64,000 nucleotides of DNA from Clostridiales bacterium UBA1206 (GTDB taxonomy: Bacteria; Bacillota; Clostridia; Oscillospirales; CAG-382). The translations under genes were made by a program, and so were the position numbers. Positions 32,331 through 41,102 of the stretch are shown piece after piece. The notes under the pieces were generated by a model. That model worked only from the letters and a program-made list of their open reading frames with translations. It did not search any database and was not told the origin of the DNA. Numbering within the stretch: the stretch's first letter is position 1; each line of letters starts with the position of its first letter. The stretch lies in assembly GCA_002310055.1 (NCBI GenBank), contig DBXS01000026.1, forward strand, positions 54,135 to 118,134, read 5' to 3'.

Positions 32331-32863
32331 TATTCCAAAGTGACCGTCTGTAAAACGTTTTCGAACTCTTCTATGTTCGCAACGTCGGTCAGACAGTAAG
32401 TTACCGAAACGACCGTTTCGCCCACCTGGACGTTCAACTGTTTCAAATACAGTTGGACTCCGTTAACGACGGTCTCGAAGCTGTAAACGACTGCCGGAGT
32501 CCCGTTGACTTCGGTTTTTTCATAGCTCGTGAACGAATCGAAATCGAACGCGGTCTGCAGCGCCGCGGTCATATTATTCCGCGTGAAATCGTCAAGCGAC
32601 CCCGCCGCGGCTACGATCGAAAAGTTGTCCGTGCCATACGGCGACACCGCATAAACGGTTTCGCCCTGTATAACGTTATAAGTTTTGGGAACGGTGAGTT
32701 TTATGCCGTGCGCCCTGACTTCGATCGTATCTGCTTCCGCCGAAGGCTCTTCCGACGCAGCCGCGGACTCGGTTTCCGAAACGTCGTCGCCGCCCTTGCC
32801 GCAAGCGGTAAAAAGCAGGGAAACCACAAGGATAAAAGCAATAAACAAACAAATCTTTTTCAT
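32330..32863 (-). CDS. hypothetical lipoprotein
   Basis: Lipobox LFTACGK. GGAGG RBS before ATG 32863. I recognise no family. Confidence 0.6.
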   Translation of the reverse strand: MKKICLFIAFILVVSLLFTACGKGGDDVSETESAAASEEPSAEADTIEVRAHGIKLTVPKTYNVIQGETVYAVSPYGTDNFSIVAAAGSLDDFTRNNMTAALQTAFDFDSFTSYEKTEVNGTPAVVYSFETVVNGVQLYLKQLNVQVGETVVSVTYCLTDVANIEEFENVLQTVTLE

Positions 32864-32879
32864 AATGACCTCCGTAAAG

Positions 32880-33566
32880 TCAGACGTCGCATCCGAACGC
32901 CTGCGCGTTGGTGCAATAATAAATATCGTCTCTTCCGGCGAGCATACTGCAGAGCTTTTCAAGACGGTCCCAGTTGTTCTGCGCGTCGTATTCGTAGCTG
33001 TGTCCCCAGATATAGAACACCTGCGGCTTTTCGGCCTTCAGCGAAATGAATTCTTCCGCCAGTTCAAATAGCTTTTCGTCGTTGTGGTGGCAGGTGGGGT
33101 TGTACGCGATAAGATCGTCGGGTATGTCAAATGAATGCGTAGACTCCACCGTGCGCGAATACTTTATCCCGCATTCGGCGACGAGCTTCTTTACGCGGTC
33201 GTCGTAGTAGCCGATAGGGTAAGCCATGCCGCAGACCTTGCCGCCGAACATCCTCTCGAGGTTTGCAACGTCGACGAGTATCTCGTTTTTCACGGTCTCG
33301 TCATCCTGGATCGTTAGGTCGGGATGCGTAAGACAATGGGTCGCTATCTCGTGCCCGTCGTATAAATCGCCTATCTCGGCAACGTTCATCCGCATAGCCC
33401 GAAAGCCCATATAATCCCAGTTGCTTGCGTGCGTCATTATGCCGGAATTCACGTTGAACGTGCCTTTCATTCCGTATTCGTTGAGTATCTTAACGAGTTT
33501 TTTATCCGAAACTATTCCGTCGTCGTACGAAAAAGTCACGGCTTTGGTCTTTCCGCCGGGGAACAT
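32880..33566 (-). CDS. polysaccharide deacetylase (CE4) family protein, no signal peptide
   Basis: TFSYDDG (NodB motif 1), HCLTHPDL (motif 2) and AYPIGYYD. Confidence 0.8.
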   Translation of the reverse strand: MFPGGKTKAVTFSYDDGIVSDKKLVKILNEYGMKGTFNVNSGIMTHASNWDYMGFRAMRMNVAEIGDLYDGHEIATHCLTHPDLTIQDDETVKNEILVDVANLERMFGGKVCGMAYPIGYYDDRVKKLVAECGIKYSRTVESTHSFDIPDDLIAYNPTCHHNDEKLFELAEEFISLKAEKPQVFYIWGHSYEYDAQNNWDRLEKLCSMLAGRDDIYYCTNAQAFGCDV

Positions 33567-33666
33567 ACTATCGCCTCACTTCTTTTACTTGTCTGCATTT
33601 TACCACCCGACGTGCGGATTTGTCAAGTGCAAAGTTAAAAACCGCGCGTCGCGCCGCGCCCGATAC

Positions 33667-33695
33667 TTGACATTTTATATGCGGTATGCTATTAT
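33667..33695 (+). promoter_or_regulatory. sigma-A-type promoter
   Basis: TTGACA (33667..33672), a 17-nt spacer, then TATTAT (33690..33695). Confidence 0.65.
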
Positions 33696-33728
33696 TCATA
33701 CAGATTTTTCAAAAAGGAGTGTCCGCGT

Positions 33729-34040
33729 TTGAGCAAAGATAAATCCGCCAAAGAGTCCGGAAGATGGCTGCCCGAAAACGCCGACTGGTGCGAACCGTGG
33801 AACAAGGACTGGCAAAGTTTCCGTAAAGAGGGATTTCTCGTCAAAAAGACGCTGGTCCGCAAAAAGCTCAACGAATACGAGACCACGGATTACGCCCCCG
33901 CCCAGTGCGTGTTCTGCTATACCTGCCTTCGTAAACGCGACGTCGGGTATTTCGAACCTTCCGCAAAGGTATGGGTGTGCCCCAAATGCTACGAAGATTT
34001 CAAGGACTATTTCGACTGGAAAGCAATAGAACTGCAATAA
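33729..34040 (+). CDS. hypothetical small zinc-ribbon protein
   Basis: TTG start about 10 nt after AAAGGAG. CVFCYTC...CPKC Cys pairs. Its own promoter lies upstream. Confidence 0.55.
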   Translation: MSKDKSAKESGRWLPENADWCEPWNKDWQSFRKEGFLVKKTLVRKKLNEYETTDYAPAQCVFCYTCLRKRDVGYFEPSAKVWVCPKCYEDFKDYFDWKAIELQ

Positions 34041-34096
34041 AATCGATCTAAATATCGCCGCCGCGGACGGAACGGGACTTCTTGAAAAGAAAACTC

Positions 34097-34125
34097 TTGA
34101 CAAATCCGTTTTGTTGTGGTAAATA
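34097..34125 (+). promoter_or_regulatory. sigma-A-type promoter of the thrS leader
   Basis: TTGACA (34097..34102), a 17-nt spacer, then TAAATA (34120..34125). Confidence 0.7.
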
Positions 34126-34136
34126 ATAATACAAAG

Positions 34137-34357
34137 CTATGAAGGAAAGAGTAACCGATATACGCCTTTTCAGAGAGAGAAGCGTCATGCTGCGAGCTTC
34201 TTAAAGCGCGTTTTCGGCGAAGACCGCTCCGGAGCCGTATGCGACGAGCATCACCGTGAACCTGCGTAAAAGGGAAATGAGTTAAAAATCAAGGTGGGAC
34301 CGTGCAATATGCACCCTTGAGCTTTTTCGATGCAAAAAGTTCAAGGGCTTTTTATTT
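34137..34357 (+). ncRNA. T-box leader (threonine specifier) with terminator
   Basis: GA/K-turn GAAGGAAAGAGUA, AG-bulge CAGAGAGA, candidate specifier ACC (34223..34225), and T-box sequence AAUCAAGGUGGGACCGUGC (34288..34306). The terminator is CCCTTGAGCTTTTT...AAAAAGTTCAAGGG (34314..34347) followed by a T-run. Confidence 0.85.
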
Positions 34358-34396
34358 TGAAAAATAATAAAAATATATATTTACCGGAGGTAAACA

Positions 34397-36160
34397 ATGA
34401 AGATCATCACGCATGAAGGGAATATCGAAGAACATTCCTTTGAAGAAGAAATCGGCAGGAATTCGCTGAGACACACCTGCTCGCACATACTCGCGCAGGC
34501 GGTCAAGCGCCTGTACCCGCAGACCAAACTCGCAATAGGACCTTCCATAAAAGACGGTTTCTATTACGATTTCGACCGCGACCATCCGTTCACTCCCGAC
34601 GAGCTCGAACAGCTGGAAGCGGAAATGAAAAAAATAGTTAAAGAAAACCTCAAGCTCGAACGCTTCACGCTTCCGCGCCCCGAAGCTATAAAACTTATGG
34701 AAGAGCGCGAAGAGCCGTATAAAGTGGAACTAATCAACGACCTGCCCGAAGACGAGGAACTTTCGTTTTACCGTCAGGGCGAATTCGTCGACCTCTGCGC
34801 CGGCCCTCACGTCACTTATACTTCCGCGGTAAAGGCGTTCAAACTCACTTCGGTCGCCGGCGCGTACTGGCGCGGCAGCGAAAAGAACAAGATGCTCACC
34901 CGCATCTACGGCACCGCTTTCGCTTCAAAACAGGAACTCGAAGAATATCTCACCCGGCTTGAAGAAGCAAAAAAGCGCGACCACCGCAAGCTGGGCAAAG
35001 AGCTCGGGCTGTTTGCGCTTATGGAAGAAGGCCCCGGATTCCCGTTCTTCCTTCCCAACGGTATGATTGTCAAGAACGAGCTTATCAATTACTGGCGCGA
35101 ACTTCACGTGCGCGAAGGCTATAAGGAAATAACCACCCCCATTATGCTCAACCGCTCGCTGTGGGAAACTTCCGGCCATTGGGATCATTACAAGGCGAAT
35201 ATGTATACCACGGTCATTGACGATACCGATTTTGCCGTAAAACCCATGAACTGCCCGGGCGGAATGCTCGTTTACAAGCTCGAACCGCGTTCTTATAAAG
35301 ATCTGCCCCTGCGCCTCGGCGAACTGGGACTTGTCCACCGGCACGAAAAATCCGGCGAGCTCCACGGCCTTATGCGCGTGAGATGCTTCACTCAGGACGA
35401 CGCGCATATTTATATGACCAAGGACCAGATCACTTCCGAGATCAAGGGCGTCGTTCGCCTCATCAACGAAGTTTACAGCAAGTTCGGGTTCAAGTATCAC
35501 GTCGAACTTTCCACTATGCCCGAAGACCATCTCGGCTCGCTCGAAGACTGGGAAGAAGCCACCAACGGTCTTAAAGCCGCGCTCGACGAGCTCGGGCTGC
35601 CGTATGTCATCAACGAAGGCGACGGCGCGTTCTACGGACCCAAGATAGATTTCCATCTCGAAGACTCCATCGGCAGAACGTGGCAATGCGGCACGATCCA
35701 ACTCGATTTCCAGCTGCCTATGCGGTTCGAAGCCGAGTACACCGGTCCGGACGGACTCAAGCACAGGCCCATTATGATCCACCGCGTCTGCTTCGGCTCG
35801 ATAGAACGCTTCATAGGCATACTTATCGAACACTACGCCGGCAAATTCCCGACCTGGCTTTCGCCCGTACAGGTCAAACTGCTCCCGATAACCGACAGAA
35901 ACAACGAGTATACTGATAAGATCGAATCTATGCTCAAAGAGCTGGGCGTCCGCTGCGAATCCGACAAACGCCAGGAAAAGACCGGCTACAAAGTCCGCGA
36001 AGCACAGCTGATGAAGATCCCGTATATGCTCGTTATAGGCGACAAAGAGCAGGAAGACGGCACCGTGGCGGTGAGACGCCGCGACGGCACCGCGACCGAG
36101 GTTATGAAAGCCGAAGATTTTGCGGAAATGATCGCAAAAGAGATAAAAGACAGAGCATAA
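34397..36160 (+). CDS. thrS: threonine--tRNA ligase (no N-terminal TGS domain)
   Basis: 587 aa. Editing-domain motif RHTCSHILAQA, class II core, and a C-terminal anticodon-binding domain. Confidence 0.95.
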   Translation: MKIITHEGNIEEHSFEEEIGRNSLRHTCSHILAQAVKRLYPQTKLAIGPSIKDGFYYDFDRDHPFTPDELEQLEAEMKKIVKENLKLERFTLPRPEAIKLMEEREEPYKVELINDLPEDEELSFYRQGEFVDLCAGPHVTYTSAVKAFKLTSVAGAYWRGSEKNKMLTRIYGTAFASKQELEEYLTRLEEAKKRDHRKLGKELGLFALMEEGPGFPFFLPNGMIVKNELINYWRELHVREGYKEITTPIMLNRSLWETSGHWDHYKANMYTTVIDDTDFAVKPMNCPGGMLVYKLEPRSYKDLPLRLGELGLVHRHEKSGELHGLMRVRCFTQDDAHIYMTKDQITSEIKGVVRLINEVYSKFGFKYHVELSTMPEDHLGSLEDWEEATNGLKAALDELGLPYVINEGDGAFYGPKIDFHLEDSIGRTWQCGTIQLDFQLPMRFEAEYTGPDGLKHRPIMIHRVCFGSIERFIGILIEHYAGKFPTWLSPVQVKLLPITDRNNEYTDKIESMLKELGVRCESDKRQEKTGYKVREAQLMKIPYMLVIGDKEQEDGTVAVRRRDGTATEVMKAEDFAEMIAKEIKDRA

Positions 36161-36174
36161 ACAATACCGCAAAG

Positions 36175-36208
36175 CGCGGGCAGGGTAACTACCTTGCCCG
36201 CTTTTTTT
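36175..36208 (+). terminator. intrinsic terminator after thrS
   Basis: GCGGGCAGGGTA-AC-TACCTTGCCCGC followed by TTTTTTT. Confidence 0.85.
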
Positions 36209-36306
36209 GCGCCCGATTGTCAACTAATATTTCAAAAATCATATAGATTTGCAAGCCTTAACGGGATATAATCTGCATTGACCGATATCCTTTTTACGAG
36301 GCGCAA

Positions 36307-36855
36307 ATGAAAAGAGACGAAAAAATAAAAATACTCACCCTTACGGCGATGTTCACCGCCGTTATCGCCGTGCTTTCGATAATCAGCATCCCTATGCCTA
36401 CGGGCGTGCCGCTCACGCTGCAGACCTTCGCTATAGCGCTGTGCGGGTACACGCTGGGCAAAAAGTACGCTTCGGTATCGGTCGTCGCGTATCTTTTTCT
36501 GGGGCTTATCGGGCTTCCGGTGTTCACCGGCTTCAAAGGCGGACCCGGAGTGTTCGCAAGCTACACCGGCGGATTCCTTATAGGCTTTATCTTTATGGCT
36601 TTTATATGCGGAATATTCACCGGCAAAGAAAAACGCGTCCCCGCGCTCATACTCGGCGCGCCGGCGCTGATAGCGTGCCACCTGCCCGGCGTGATTTGGT
36701 TTTCGCATATCACCGGGACAAGTTTCCTCACGGCGTTTCTCACCGTATCGCTGCCGTTTTTGCTCAAAGACGCCGCTTCGGTCTGCCTCGCGTGGGCGAT
36801 CGGCGGAAGCCTGAACGGACTTCTGTGCAGAAAAATGAACGTTTCGTTGCGTTAA
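36307..36855 (+). CDS. bioY: biotin transporter BioY (ECF S-component)
   Basis: 182-aa membrane protein. Motifs VPLTLQTFAIAL, GLIGLPVF and GGFLIGF. Confidence 0.85.
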   Translation: MKRDEKIKILTLTAMFTAVIAVLSIISIPMPTGVPLTLQTFAIALCGYTLGKKYASVSVVAYLFLGLIGLPVFTGFKGGPGVFASYTGGFLIGFIFMAFICGIFTGKEKRVPALILGAPALIACHLPGVIWFSHITGTSFLTAFLTVSLPFLLKDAASVCLAWAIGGSLNGLLCRKMNVSLR

Positions 36856-36941
36856 CGTTATTTTTCGCATTATTACTTGCTTTTTTGCGCATTGTTTGTT
36901 ATAATGACCAAACAGGAAGTACATTGCTGAAAGGTAAACAG

Positions 36942-38576
36942 ATGAAAATAAAGAGTATCAAAGCGGCGGCCGCGCTGCTTGCGGCGCTGTTAATCGCATA
37001 CGCGCTCGTTTCGTGCGGGCCCGGCGAACACGAACACGTCTATGAACTGACATATACCGAAAACGCCACGTGTTCCGAAAACGGCGCCAACGTCTACCGC
37101 TGCACGGTCTGCGGCGAGGAAAGCCGCGAACCGACCGAAAAGCTGCCGCACACTTACAGCCAGCTGATATACGACCCCACCTGCACCGAAGAAGGGTATA
37201 TACTCTATACCTGCGATAACTGCGGCCATACCGAAAAAGAGCCGATCCCGGCGCTGGGGCACGAATACGGCGAAACGTCCGTCATCGTCACGCCCACCGA
37301 AGAAAATACCGGCATAGGCAAACACACCTGCTCGCGCTGCGGACATACCGAACAGTTCGTTATGGAAAAACTCCCGCACACGCACGTATATACCCGTACG
37401 GAAATCCCCGGCACCTGCCTCGAGTACCCCAAAACGATATACACTTGCGAAAAATGCGGCTATACGTACGAAGAAGTTTCGCCCGACCCCGGCCCGCATT
37501 CGTACGGTATGTGGGTGGAATCCGTTAAGCCCACGCTCACGTCGGAGGGCGAATCAAAGCGCGTCTGCGAACTCTGCGGCGCCGAAGAAACGCGCGCCGT
37601 GGCAAAGCTGAGCTTTGAAGTCCCCGATGAAACGCCCGTTACGGGCATAGAAAACCATATAGACACACACGTAGTGATGTCGTTCGTGGGCGACTGTATG
37701 CTCGCTTCTGAGCGCGACAGGGACACAACCAACGCTTTCAAGAATTACGCAAAGGAAAAAGACCCCGCGTATTTCTTTGAAAAAGTGCAGGATTATTTCG
37801 GCACGGACGATTTTACCGTAGTCAATCTCGAAAACGTGCTTACCGATAAGAAACTGACCGAGATCCCAAAATCCGGCTCCAAGGTATATTGGTATAGAGG
37901 GCCGACTTCTAACGCCGACATCCTCACTCACGGCAGCGTCGAAGGCGTTACGTTCGCCAACAACCACGCCAACGATTACGGCAGGCAGGGATATCTCGAT
38001 ACGATAGAAGCTATCGAAAACGCCGGGCTGAACTACGGCGTGAACGGCAGGATATCGTATTACACTAAGGACGGTTTCCGCGTGGCGGTGATCTGTTGCA
38101 CGCTGTACGGTTCATATCAGACCGACGACGTGATAGAAAGCGTAGAAGAAGCTTCGGTACGCTCGGATTATCAGGTCGTGTTCTTTCACGGCGGCGAGAT
38201 GTATGCGTACGCGCCGGAATCGTGGCTTGTCAAAGCGGTGCACGCCATAGTGGACGCTGGCGCCGACTGCGTGCTTGGCGCGCATCCTCACGTCCTCCGC
38301 CCGTACGAGTACTATAATGGCGCGCATATCGTCTATTCGCTAGGCAATTTCTGCTACGGCGGTAAGAATTACCCCATAAACGCAACGCTTATATTCCAGC
38401 TCGATCTCGAAGTGGTCGACGGAAAGCTCGCAAGCGTAACGCCGGTGTTCATCCCGTGCTACGTCTATACCGGCAAAATGAACAACTATCAACCGGCGGT
38501 GATGCCCGAAGGCGCCGATAAACAGCAGGTGCTCGATTTCTTAGAAGGAAAAGTCAAGCTGCCGTATATTGAATGA
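36942..38576 (+). CDS. CapA/PGA-capsule-synthesis-family metallophosphoesterase lipoprotein with five N-terminal Cys-rich repeats
   Basis: Lipobox LVSCGP. Repeats occupy aa 32-223. The CapA-like core has VMSFVGDCML, FANNHANDYG and GAHPHVLRP. The track's 711-aa ORF is an out-of-context N-terminal extension across bioY. Confidence 0.75.
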   Translation: MKIKSIKAAAALLAALLIAYALVSCGPGEHEHVYELTYTENATCSENGANVYRCTVCGEESREPTEKLPHTYSQLIYDPTCTEEGYILYTCDNCGHTEKEPIPALGHEYGETSVIVTPTEENTGIGKHTCSRCGHTEQFVMEKLPHTHVYTRTEIPGTCLEYPKTIYTCEKCGYTYEEVSPDPGPHSYGMWVESVKPTLTSEGESKRVCELCGAEETRAVAKLSFEVPDETPVTGIENHIDTHVVMSFVGDCMLASERDRDTTNAFKNYAKEKDPAYFFEKVQDYFGTDDFTVVNLENVLTDKKLTEIPKSGSKVYWYRGPTSNADILTHGSVEGVTFANNHANDYGRQGYLDTIEAIENAGLNYGVNGRISYYTKDGFRVAVICCTLYGSYQTDDVIESVEEASVRSDYQVVFFHGGEMYAYAPESWLVKAVHAIVDAGADCVLGAHPHVLRPYEYYNGAHIVYSLGNFCYGGKNYPINATLIFQLDLEVVDGKLASVTPVFIPCYVYTGKMNNYQPAVMPEGADKQQVLDFLEGKVKLPYIE

Positions 38577-38589
38577 TACGATAAAACGA

Positions 38590-38617
38590 CGCGCTGCCGT
38601 AAAAGCAGCGCGTTTTT
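38590..38617. terminator. intrinsic terminator between convergent genes
   Basis: CGCGCTGC-loop-GCAGCGCG followed by TTTTTCTGTTTTT. Confidence 0.75.
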
Positions 38618-38623
38618 CTGTTT

Positions 38624-39793
38624 TTACCTAAAAACAAAATCACGTTCTTCGATATCTCCGTCTTCCGTATCATAAATCATAAAATGCTCTTCGGCGTTAC
38701 GCGAGCCGCCGTTATTCAAGATGTCTTTATAAGTGCTTGCCGTCGTATAAACAAATCCAAGAGGATCGACCAAATAATCGTTATACTCATCGTCCACGCC
38801 GTCGGTTTTGAAAAACATTACGTGTTCTTCCGTTCCGTCTGTAACGTTTATTCGCCGCAGTTCGTTTTCATCTTCTTCCGAAATGAAATAGAGCATATCT
38901 CCGACGAGCTGCATATCGCCGTTATAAGCCATAAGATATTCGCCGTCGCAATACGTTTCGCGATCCAGCGTGTTATATATCAAATGTGCTTCTGTCACGT
39001 TGAAGTGCATGACTTTTTCCGCGATTTCCGCAGTCGTTTCGAATATGTCTCCGGTGTAAACCAAAAGTGAGCTTTCCGCATATACGCAGTAAATTCCGTT
39101 TTCCGTCACCGCAAATCGCGATATATCAACGTCTTTTGGCGATATCGGATACGCTTTGCCTTCCTTGATTTCGTTGATCCTGTATATTACTTCGCCGGCA
39201 GGGTTTTTTTCCGGCAGCAAAACATAGACCTCTTCACCGCGGACGGCGACGCCCAGCAAAGACAAGGTGTGCTTTGTTTCGAATATCTTTGTTTCATTTT
39301 CTCCGTTGGCGTCTGCAGTATACAGTGTTTGTCGACCGTCCTCCGTTCTTCCGCAGATCAAAAGGCCACCGTTATAATAAAGCATAAAATCCAGATGCGA
39401 CGACGCAAAAATGCAATCGCTGTGCTCGCAGAATTGATTCGGGCAAGCGTACGTCACGATGCCGCTTTTTTTATCCCAGGCTAAAATGTACGATTCATAA
39501 TTCTTTTTGTCTGCGTACCTGAAATACACTTTTCCCGGAGTGTTGCAAATGAGCGGCTCCACATATGTCGCGCTCGAGTCGGCTTTTTCAAATTCACTAA
39601 CTAAATAGTCATACGAAACAGACGAAAGCCGTTCGCAAATATATTTAAGGCTCTGACCTGCGTTCGAACTTTCGGGTTCTTCCGAGGAATTGTTTGCCGG
39701 CATATTATCCGGTTCCGACGTATCGTCGATATTGCCGCAGCCGTATACGGCAAGCAAAAGAAAGCAAAATATCACTGCAAGTATTTTTTTCAT
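38624..39793 (-). CDS. hypothetical lipoprotein (possibly DUF5050-like beta-propeller); paralogue of 41092..42129
   Basis: Lipobox AVYGCGN. It has a CPNQFCEHSDC motif and repeated Y/G-rich strands. Confidence 0.6.
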   Translation of the reverse strand: MKKILAVIFCFLLLAVYGCGNIDDTSEPDNMPANNSSEEPESSNAGQSLKYICERLSSVSYDYLVSEFEKADSSATYVEPLICNTPGKVYFRYADKKNYESYILAWDKKSGIVTYACPNQFCEHSDCIFASSHLDFMLYYNGGLLICGRTEDGRQTLYTADANGENETKIFETKHTLSLLGVAVRGEEVYVLLPEKNPAGEVIYRINEIKEGKAYPISPKDVDISRFAVTENGIYCVYAESSLLVYTGDIFETTAEIAEKVMHFNVTEAHLIYNTLDRETYCDGEYLMAYNGDMQLVGDMLYFISEEDENELRRINVTDGTEEHVMFFKTDGVDDEYNDYLVDPLGFVYTTASTYKDILNNGGSRNAEEHFMIYDTEDGDIEERDFVFR

Positions 39794-39915
39794 TTTTTTC
39801 TCCTTTTTAAAAAAATATTTTTGGCTTGCTGTTCTATATAACGCATAAAGCGACGTTTTGTGACGGCTTGACTTGCACTGTTTTTTGTTATATACTCATA
39901 AACGGAGGTGATAAC

Positions 39916-40449
39916 TTGATACTAGCTATTATCGCAGCCATAAGCGACGAACAAGAACGTTTGCGCGTTACGGAGATTTACGAAAAATACGGTGAAAATA
40001 TGTATGCAAAAGCGTATTCCATTTTACGGCACGGCCACGACGCGGAAGACGCCGTTATGTGTGCTTTCGAGAGAATAATCGTACATATCGATAAGTTTAT
40101 GCCCGGTGATATCGATTCGGTTGCGGGCCTCGTTATGATATACACCAAATGCGCGGCTATAGACATTTACCGCAAAAAGAAGAACCATTCCGCCGAGCCG
40201 CTCGGAGAAGTATCCGATATTACGCAGGATACTGCCGATGAAGTTATCGCCGCTCAAACCTCCGCCGACATAGCAAACGCAATTGACCGGCTTACCGAAA
40301 TGCAAAAGACGGCTGTAATTCTTAAGTACTATTACGGCTATTCCAGCGAGGAGATCGCGTCGCTTATCGGTTCCACCTCGGAAGCCGTCCGCACTTTACT
40401 TGTGCGCGCGAGATGCAGACTTGCAAAGATATTAAAGGAGAAACTATAA
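39916..40449 (+). CDS. ECF-type sigma-70 family RNA polymerase sigma factor
   Basis: TTG start 7 nt after GGAGG. Region 2 reads DAEDAVMCAFERI. The region 4 HTH reads SSEEIASLIGSTSEAVRTLLVRARCRL. Confidence 0.75.
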   Translation: MILAIIAAISDEQERLRVTEIYEKYGENMYAKAYSILRHGHDAEDAVMCAFERIIVHIDKFMPGDIDSVAGLVMIYTKCAAIDIYRKKKNHSAEPLGEVSDITQDTADEVIAAQTSADIANAIDRLTEMQKTAVILKYYYGYSSEEIASLIGSTSEAVRTLLVRARCRLAKILKEKL

Positions 40450-41102
40450 TGACTAAACAAACCGATCCTGTCCTTGCGGAAGCTTGCGGAATATGCGTTC
40501 ACAATGAACTGATACGGTTTTGCGGCGAAAAACGTTCCATAGGCTCTTTTGCAAGACGAACCATAAAAAAGCGTATAAAAGGGAATATAACAACCGGAAT
40601 GACTATAAGCAGAAAACGCATTATAGTAATTGCGGCTGCCGCAGCGCTGATATTCGCTCTTTCCGCCTGCGCGCTCGTTCCGGCCGTACGCAATGCGGTT
40701 AAAGAGATTTTCACCTATGTTTTCAGCGGCGGCGTGCTCGCGGAAACCGAAGAAGGTCTTACGACTGTCGAACGCATTATGATCCCTTCTTCCGTACCCG
40801 AAAACTTTGAGCGCACGCTGACATTCAGCAAAGGGATGACGCACGCTGAATATACCGACGGTTCACGCAGATTCAATTTCAGTCAGCTTGCCGCCGATTT
40901 CACCGTGCTTTTCCGCAGCGACGGAACAGAAAGCGTCAGAGTCAGCGTAAACGGACTTACGGCAGAATATTTCATTCTGAGCGAAAAAACGTCCGCGCTT
41001 ATGTGGACCGACGGAGAATACCAGTATTTGCTTTCCGGCGAGTTCGAATCATTGGAAGAACTCACGGCTATAGCGGAAAGTGTGGCTGCATATGAAGAAT
41101 AA
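40449..41102 (+). CDS. putative anti-sigma factor (single-pass membrane protein, DUF4367-like C-terminal domain)
   Basis: TAATG overlap with the sigma gene. One TM segment (IIVIAAAAALIFALSACALV). The extracytoplasmic domain has EYTDGSRRFNFSQL. Confidence 0.6.
   Translation: MTKQTDPVLAEACGICVHNELIRFCGEKRSIGSFARRTIKKRIKGNITTGMTISRKRIIVIAAAAALIFALSACALVPAVRNAVKEIFTYVFSGGVLAETEEGLTTVERIMIPSSVPENFERTLTFSKGMTHAEYTDGSRRFNFSQLAADFTVLFRSDGTESVRVSVNGLTAEYFILSEKTSALMWTDGEYQYLLSGEFESLEELTAIAESVAAYEE

Noticed and set aside
34925-36223. 432-aa minus-strand ORF opposite thrS, plus similar ORFs at 3271..4170, 11111..12229, 17843..18637, 26915..27961, 45842..46753, 54071..55294, 55505..56536 and 58673..59893
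   Set aside because: I spot-checked four of these (3271..4170, 11111..12229, 34925..36223 and 43918..45426), and each is in register opposite a confidently identified gene. I assume the rest follow the same pattern. I treat them all as shadow ORFs.
36209-36306. Search for a BirA operator or a riboswitch upstream of bioY
   Set aside because: Only weak partial repeats are present (TTGTCAAC ... TTTGCAAG; GGGATAT ... ATATCC). Nothing resembles the BirA palindrome as I remember it.
36441-36941. N-terminal 167 codons of the track's 711-aa ORF, overlapping bioY in another frame
   Set aside because: The extension is Arg-rich nonsense and overlaps a clear BioY gene. A lipoprotein signal peptide starts at ATG 36942.
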